A DNA stretch of 64,000 nucleotides from Octopus vulgaris (taxonomy: Eukaryota). Shown here piece by piece: positions 58,030 to 64,000 of the stretch (its first letter is position 1; every line of letters starts with the position of its first letter). Position numbers and translations under genes: made by a program. The stretch lies in the NCBI GenBank assembly GCA_951406725.2, contig OX597821.1, forward strand, positions 9,548,001 through 9,612,000, given 5' to 3'. The notes beneath the pieces are model-generated. The model worked only from the letters and a program-made list of their open reading frames with translations. It searched no databases and was not told where the DNA came from.

Positions 58030-59358
58030 ATGAGCCGCCTCCATCAAGCGGAGGAGATGGAAGGGAGAATTTACTCTGAAATTTCGACGGAAGTATCGAC
58101 ATCTGAGGAGGAGTTGGCGGTGAAAAAGATGGAAGGCACCTACGCAGGTGTAACGAAGAAGTCAACGGAAAGAGAGATAGACTTGGCTAAGTTGGCGGGC
58201 CTCCAGGAATTTGTGAAGGAGGACGAGAACGGTGAAGTTGAGCTGCTGCATCCAGTAGGGTGCGGAGACTGGTTCCATCGTAGAACCATTAAATATAAAG
58301 TATTTATGAATGGAGGTAGAAAGATGGAAGTAATTAACATGGAAGCAATTGAAGAGGCTCTTAAGCAGACGGGAGAGGAAATTGTGTACATGACGAAAGG
58401 ATTACAATACGGAACCATAACGGTGCAATTTAAAAGTGAAAAAGCAGCCAGGAATGTAGCAGCCAAGGTGGTGAGTACAGAAAAGATTTACTTGTTACCC
58501 TCGTATCTGAATAGGCGGACAACTAGAATTAGGGTGGAGGGAATACCTCCACACCTAGAGGGCGAAGTAATAACGGCTGCGGTTATAAAAGGAAATGAGG
58601 ATAAGGTGGACATCCTCCACGCCAGTATGAAGTATGAAGGCGTGAGAGGTGCCACACTGGTTATGAACATTCAAACGGAGGCGGATGTTATAGAGAAGAT
58701 TACGGACAGCATAAAGACTGGAAATATTATTATGAGAGTGTGGGTGGAGGGTAGGGCGCCCAGGTGCTACAAGTGTGGCCAAAGGGGTCACATAAGAGCC
58801 TACTGCCCTCCCCCACCAAAGGAAAAAGAAAAGGAAAGCGTTGAGGAAGCCTCGGGAGAGGAAGAAAATAAACAGAAACAAACAGAGAAGGAAACGACAG
58901 AAGAAGAGGAGATGCAACAAGAGTGGAAAGAAGCGGGAACAAAGAGAAAAAGAAGGAAAAAGAAAAACTGTGCGAAGCCCCAACCCACCCCGACATCACC
59001 CATACCCTTGGAGTCCCATCCTTCCCCTGCAAACAGTAATTCCACCCACTCCCCGCCTACAAGAAGAATAAAAACAGACACACAGAGCAAAGAAAGTCCC
59101 AAGTCCCATTTTTTATTTGTTATACATGGGAGAGACGTACAAAACGTTAAAAAACTGGTGTTAACCAAGTGGTACGAACACGAAGATTGGAGCTACACGG
59201 CTGTGGATGGTGATGATACGGGTATATTGGCGACAAGGTTAGAGGAAGAGGGTGTGTGTTGGAAGTCAGTGGAAATGAAAGATGAATGGATAGAGAGGGC
59301 TAAAAGAAAAACGAATGTTGTGATGGTTAAAACAGGAATACTAATTGAAAATGGGTGA
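58030..59358 (+). CDS. ORF1/Gag-like zinc-knuckle protein, copy 3
   Basis: Intact 442-aa frame. Confidence 0.85.
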   Translation: MSRLHQAEEMEGRIYSEISTEVSTSEEELAVKKMEGTYAGVTKKSTEREIDLAKLAGLQEFVKEDENGEVELLHPVGCGDWFHRRTIKYKVFMNGGRKMEVINMEAIEEALKQTGEEIVYMTKGLQYGTITVQFKSEKAARNVAAKVVSTEKIYLLPSYLNRRTTRIRVEGIPPHLEGEVITAAVIKGNEDKVDILHASMKYEGVRGATLVMNIQTEADVIEKITDSIKTGNIIMRVWVEGRAPRCYKCGQRGHIRAYCPPPPKEKEKESVEEASGEEENKQKQTEKETTEEEEMQQEWKEAGTKRKRRKKKNCAKPQPTPTSPIPLESHPSPANSNSTHSPPTRRIKTDTQSKESPKSHFLFVIHGRDVQNVKKLVLTKWYEHEDWSYTAVDGDDTGILATRLEEEGVCWKSVEMKDEWIERAKRKTNVVMVKTGILIENG

Positions 59359-59703
59359 AGAAGGACAGATAAGTGATGCTGGCGGATGGGGCCGTCGGTA
59401 TCGCTCTCATATATCATTTTCATATTCCATTTTTGCTCATATAAATGTAATTGTGATGTTCCATGTCCCCATGTCTTGTAATGTCCCCCTCTTCGTTGGC
59501 CCCTTGTGGGTAATAAAAAATCACGTGGTTTTTCGGCTCTGTGTTTTTTGCTCTCTGTGAAATTCGGTAAAAAGAAAAAAGAACAAAAAGTGAATGGTTG
59601 TTGGTGTAAAATTTTGAACATAGTTGATGAGGTTTCGCGTCTCACTGGTTCTGCGCGTTACACTTTTTCGGTTCGGGAGGCCGTTTCTCGGCCGGAGGCG
59701 ACT

Positions 59704-61032
59704 ATGAGCCGCCTCCATCAAGCGGAGGAGATGGAAGGGAGAATTTACTCTGAAATTTCGACGGAAGTATCGACATCTGAGGAGGAGTTGGCGGTGAAAA
59801 AGATGGAAGGCACCTACGCAGGTGTAACGAAGAAGTCAACGGAAAGAGAGATAGACTTGGCTAAGTTGGCGGGCCTCCAGGAATTTGTGAAGGAGGACGA
59901 GAACGGTGAAGTTGAGCTGCTGCATCCAGTAGGGTGCGGAGACTGGTTCCATCGTAGAACCATTAAATATAAAGTATTTATGAATGGAGGTAGAAAGATG
60001 GAAGTAATTAACATGGAAGCAATTGAAGAGGCTCTTAAGCAGACGGGAGAGGAAATTGTGTACATGACGAAAGGATTACAATACGGAACCATAACGGTGC
60101 AATTTAAAAGTGAAAAAGCAGCCAGGAATGTAGCAGCCAAGGTGGTGAGTACAGAAAAGATTTACTTGTTACCCTCGTATCTGAATAGGCGGACAACTAG
60201 AATTAGGGTGGAGGGAATACCTCCACACCTAGAGGGCGAAGTAATAACGGCTGCGGTTATAAAAGGAAATGAGGATAAGGTGGACATCCTCCACGCCAGT
60301 ATGAAGTATGAAGGCGTGAGAGGTGCCACACTGGTTATGAACATTCAAACGGAGGCGGATGTTATAGAGAAGATTACGGACAGCATAAAGACTGGAAATA
60401 TTATTATGAGAGTGTGGGTGGAGGGTAGGGCGCCCAGGTGCTACAAGTGTGGCCAAAGGGGTCACATAAGAGCCTACTGCCCTCCCCCACCAAAGGAAAA
60501 AGAAAAGGAAAGCGTTGAGGAAGCCTCGGGAGAGGAAGAAAATAAACAGAAACAAACAGAGAAGGAAACGACAGAAGAAGAGGAGATGCAACAAGAGTGG
60601 AAAGAAGCGGGAACAAAGAGAAAAAGAAGGAAAAAGAAAAACTGTGCGAAGCCCCAACCCACCCCGACATCACCCATACCCTTGGAGTCCCATCCTTCCC
60701 CTGCAAACAGTAATTCCACCCACTCCCCGCCTACAAGAAGAATAAAAACAGACACACAGAGAAAAGAAAGTCCCAAGTCCCATTTTTTATTTGTTATACA
60801 TGGGAGAGACGTACAAAACGTTAAAAAACTGGTGTTAACCAAGTGGTACGAACACGAAGATTGGAGCTACACGGCTGTGGATGGTGATGATACGGGTATA
60901 TTGGCGACAAGGTTAGAGGAAGAGGGTGTGTGTTGGAAGTCAGTGGAAATGAAAGATGAATGGATAGAGAGGGCTAAAAGAAAAACGAATGTTGTGATGG
61001 TTAAAACAGGAATACTAATTGAAAATGGGTGA
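59704..61032 (+). CDS. ORF1/Gag-like zinc-knuckle protein, copy 4
   Basis: Intact 442-aa frame. Confidence 0.85.
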   Translation: MSRLHQAEEMEGRIYSEISTEVSTSEEELAVKKMEGTYAGVTKKSTEREIDLAKLAGLQEFVKEDENGEVELLHPVGCGDWFHRRTIKYKVFMNGGRKMEVINMEAIEEALKQTGEEIVYMTKGLQYGTITVQFKSEKAARNVAAKVVSTEKIYLLPSYLNRRTTRIRVEGIPPHLEGEVITAAVIKGNEDKVDILHASMKYEGVRGATLVMNIQTEADVIEKITDSIKTGNIIMRVWVEGRAPRCYKCGQRGHIRAYCPPPPKEKEKESVEEASGEEENKQKQTEKETTEEEEMQQEWKEAGTKRKRRKKKNCAKPQPTPTSPIPLESHPSPANSNSTHSPPTRRIKTDTQRKESPKSHFLFVIHGRDVQNVKKLVLTKWYEHEDWSYTAVDGDDTGILATRLEEEGVCWKSVEMKDEWIERAKRKTNVVMVKTGILIENG

Positions 61033-61377
61033 AGAAGGACAGATAAGTGATGCTGGCGGATGGGGCCGTCGGTATCGCTCTCATATATCATTTTCATATT
61101 CCATTTTTGCTCATATAAATGTAATTGTGATGTTCCATGTCCCCATGTCTTGTAATGTCCCCCTCTTCGTTGGCCCCTTGTGGGTAATAAAAAATCACGT
61201 GGTTTTTCGGCTCTGTGTTTTTTGCTCTCTGTGAAATTCGGTAAAAAGAAAAAAGAACAAAAAGTGAATGGTTGTTGGTGTAAAATTTTGAACATAGTTG
61301 ATGAGGTTTCGCGTCTCACTGGTTCTGCGCGTTACACTTTTTCGGTTCGGGAGGCCGTTTCTCGGCCGGAGGCGACT

Positions 61378-62706
61378 ATGAGCCGCCTCCATCAAGCGGA
61401 GGAGATGGAAGGGAGAATTTACTCTGAAATTTCGACGGAAGTATCGACATCTGAGGAGGAGTTGGCGGTGAAAAAGATGGAAGGCACCTACGCAGGTGTA
61501 ACGAAGAAGTCAACGGAAAGAGAGATAGACTTGGCTAAGTTGGCGGGCCTCCAGGAATTTGTGAAGGAGGACGAGAACGGTGAAGTTGAGCTGCTGCATC
61601 CAGTAGGGTGCGGAGACTGGTTCCATCGTAGAACCATTAAATATAAAGTATTTATGAATGGAGGTAGAAAGATGGAAGTAATTAACATGGAAGCAATTGA
61701 AGAGGCTCTTAAGCAGACGGGAGAGGAAATTGTGTACATGACAAAAGGATTACAATACGGAACGATAACGGTGCAATTTAAAAGTGAAAAAGCAGCCAGG
61801 AATGTAGCAGCCAAGGTGGTGAGTACAGAAAAGATTTACTTGTTACCCTCGTATCTGAATAGGCGGACAACTAGAATTAGGGTGGAGGGAATACCTCCAC
61901 ACCTAGAGGGCGAAGTAATAACGGCTGCGGTTATAAAAGGAAATGAGGATAAGGTGGACATCCTCCACGCCAGTATGAAGTATGAAGGCGTGAGAGGTGC
62001 CACACTGGTTATGAACATTCAAACGGAGGCGGATGTTATAGAGAAGATTACGGACAGCATAAAGACTGGAAATATTATTATGAGAGTGTGGGTGGAGGGT
62101 AGGGCGCCCAGGTGCTACAAGTGTGGCCAAAGGGGTCACATAAGAGCCTACTGCCCTCCCCCACCAAAGGAAAAAGAAAAGGAAAGCGTTGAGGAAGCCT
62201 CGGGAGAGGAAGAAAATAAACAGAAACAAACAGAGAAGGAAACGACAGAAGAAGAGGAGATGCAACAAGAGTGGAAAGAAGCGGGAACAAAGAGAAAAAG
62301 AAGGAAAAAGAAAAACTGTGCGAAGCCCCAACCCACCCCGACACCACCCATACCCTTGGAGTCCCATCCTTCCCCTGCAAACAGTAATTCCACCCACTCC
62401 CCGCCTACAAGAAAAATAAAAACAGACACACAGAGCAAAGAAAGTCCCAAGACCCATTTTTTATTTGTTATACATGGGAAAGACATACAAAACGTTAAAA
62501 AACTGGTGTTAACCAAGTGGTACGAACACGAAGATTGGAGCTACACGGTTGTGGATAGTGATGATACGGGTATATTGGCGACAAGGTTAGAGGAAGAGGG
62601 TGTGTGTTGGAAGTCAGTGAAAATGAAAGATGAATGGAGAGAGAGGGCTAAAAGAAAAACGAATGTTGTGATAGGTGAAACAGGAATACAAATTGGAAAT
62701 GGGTGA
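61378..62706 (+). CDS. ORF1/Gag-like zinc-knuckle protein, copy 5 (divergent C-terminus)
   Basis: Intact 442-aa frame; amino-acid changes cluster in the last ~100 aa. Confidence 0.85.
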   Translation: MSRLHQAEEMEGRIYSEISTEVSTSEEELAVKKMEGTYAGVTKKSTEREIDLAKLAGLQEFVKEDENGEVELLHPVGCGDWFHRRTIKYKVFMNGGRKMEVINMEAIEEALKQTGEEIVYMTKGLQYGTITVQFKSEKAARNVAAKVVSTEKIYLLPSYLNRRTTRIRVEGIPPHLEGEVITAAVIKGNEDKVDILHASMKYEGVRGATLVMNIQTEADVIEKITDSIKTGNIIMRVWVEGRAPRCYKCGQRGHIRAYCPPPPKEKEKESVEEASGEEENKQKQTEKETTEEEEMQQEWKEAGTKRKRRKKKNCAKPQPTPTPPIPLESHPSPANSNSTHSPPTRKIKTDTQSKESPKTHFLFVIHGKDIQNVKKLVLTKWYEHEDWSYTVVDSDDTGILATRLEEEGVCWKSVKMKDEWRERAKRKTNVVIGETGIQIGNG

Positions 62707-63051
62707 AGAAGGACAGACAAGTGATGCTGGCGGATGGGGCCGTCGGTATCACTCTCATATATCATTTTTCATATTCCATTTTGCTCATATATATGTAATT
62801 GTGATGTTCCATGTCCCCATGTCTTGTAATGTCCCCCTCTTCGTTGGCCCCTTGTGGGTAATAAAAAATCACGTGGTTTTTTCGGCTCTGTGTTTTTTGC
62901 TCTCTGTGAAATTCGGTAAAAAGAAAAAGAACAAAAAGTGAATGGTTGTTGGTGTAAAATTTTGAACATAGTTGATGAGGTTTCGCGTCTCACTGGTTCT
63001 GCGCGTTACACTTTTTCGGTTCGGGAGGCCGTTTCTCGGCCGGAGGCGACT

Positions 63052-64000
63052 ATGAGCCGCCTCCATCAAGCGGAGGAGATGGAAGGGAGAATTTACTCTG
63101 AAATTTCGACGGAAGTATCGACATCTGAGGAGGAGTTGGCGGTGAAAAAGATGGAAGGCACCTACGCAGGTGTAACGAAGAAGTCAACGGAAAGAGAGAT
63201 AGACTTGGCTAAGTTGGCGGGCCTCCAGGAATTTGTGAAGGAGGACGAGAACGGTGAAGTTGAGCTGCTGCATCCAGTAGGGTGCGGAGACTGGTTCCAT
63301 CGTAGAACCATTAAATATAAAGTATTTATGAATGGAGGTAGAAAGATGGAAGTAATTAACATGGAAGCAATTGAAGAGGCTCTTAAGCAGACGGGAGAGG
63401 AAATTGTGTACATGACGAAAGGATTACAATACGGAACGATAACGGTGCAATTTAAAAGTGAAAAAGCAGCCAGGAATGTAGCAGCCAAGGTGGTGAGTAC
63501 AGAAAAGATTTACTTGTTACCCTCGTATCTGAATAGGCGGACAACTAGAATTAGGGTGGAGGGAATACCTCCACACCTAGAGGGCGAAGTAATAACGGCT
63601 GCGGTTATAAAAGGAAATGAGGATAAGGTGGACATCCTCCACGCCAGTATGAAGTATGAAGGCGTGAGAGGTGCCACACTGGTTATGAACATTCAAACGG
63701 AGGCGGATGTTATAGAGAAGATTACGGACAGCATAAAGACTGGAAATATTATTATGAGAGTGTGGGTGGAGGGTAGGGCGCCCAGGTGCTACAAGTGTGG
63801 CCAAAGGGGTCACATAAGAGCCTACTGCCCTCCCCCACCAAAGGAAAAAGAAAAGGAAAGCGTTGAGGAAGCCTCGGGAGAGGAAGAAAATAAACAGAAA
63901 CAAACAGAGAAGGAAACGACAGAAGAAGAGGAGATGCAACAAGAGTGGAAAGAAGCGGGAACAAAGAGAAAAAGAAGGAAAAAGAAAAACTGTGCGAAGC
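63052..64000 (+). CDS. ORF1/Gag-like zinc-knuckle protein, copy 6 (runs off window)
   Basis: Same ATG context GGCGACTATGAGCC; matches the other copies to the window end. Confidence 0.8.
   Translation, partial: MSRLHQAEEMEGRIYSEISTEVSTSEEELAVKKMEGTYAGVTKKSTEREIDLAKLAGLQEFVKEDENGEVELLHPVGCGDWFHRRTIKYKVFMNGGRKMEVINMEAIEEALKQTGEEIVYMTKGLQYGTITVQFKSEKAARNVAAKVVSTEKIYLLPSYLNRRTTRIRVEGIPPHLEGEVITAAVIKGNEDKVDILHASMKYEGVRGATLVMNIQTEADVIEKITDSIKTGNIIMRVWVEGRAPRCYKCGQRGHIRAYCPPPPKEKEKESVEEASGEEENKQKQTEKETTEEEEMQQEWKEAGTKRKRRKKKNCAK

Larger units (their letters stand above)
54503..64000 (+). repeat. Head-to-tail array of ~1674-bp ORF1/Gag-like units (5 complete, 1 cut by window end)
   Basis: ATGs at 54684, 56358, 58030, 59704, 61378 and 63052 (periods 1674, 1672, 1674, 1674, 1674). 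Confidence 0.97.

Noticed and set aside
54794-63964. Repeated antisense ORFs within the array
   Set aside because: Low-complexity shadows of the purine-rich sense ORF, with inconsistent ends between copies
54503-64000. Array as an LTR retrotransposon, endogenous retrovirus or telomeric element
   Set aside because: No LTRs, primer-binding site, protease or pol, and no TTAGGG repeats; the location appears interstitial

Overview
AT-rich, microsatellite-dense eukaryotic DNA. The SINE/LINE repertoire looks like an octopus (coleoid cephalopod) genome; this is inferred from the repeat types, not proven. The only host-gene signal is one internal 385-nt coding exon of an orexin/allatotropin-type class A GPCR on the minus strand (39557-39941). 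The rest is probably intronic and holds four tRNA-derived SINE families, CR1-, Penelope- and R4-like LINE remnants, a mariner fragment, non-autonomous Helitrons, a near-perfect 640-bp palindrome with a hammerhead-like core, and local duplications. The standout is a head-to-tail array of at least 6 near-identical ~1674-bp units from ~54503 to beyond the window end. Each complete unit has a CpG-rich 5' leader, an intact 442-aa L1/Tx1-ORF1/Gag-like protein with a CCHC knuckle, a G-U-rich 3' hairpin, and a ~45-nt 3' tail also found on a SINE family in this window. No reverse transcriptase is present. This looks like an ORF1-only non-autonomous retroelement, or a nascent domesticated gene family, amplified in tandem. 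Coordinates of decayed repeats are approximate and were read by eye.
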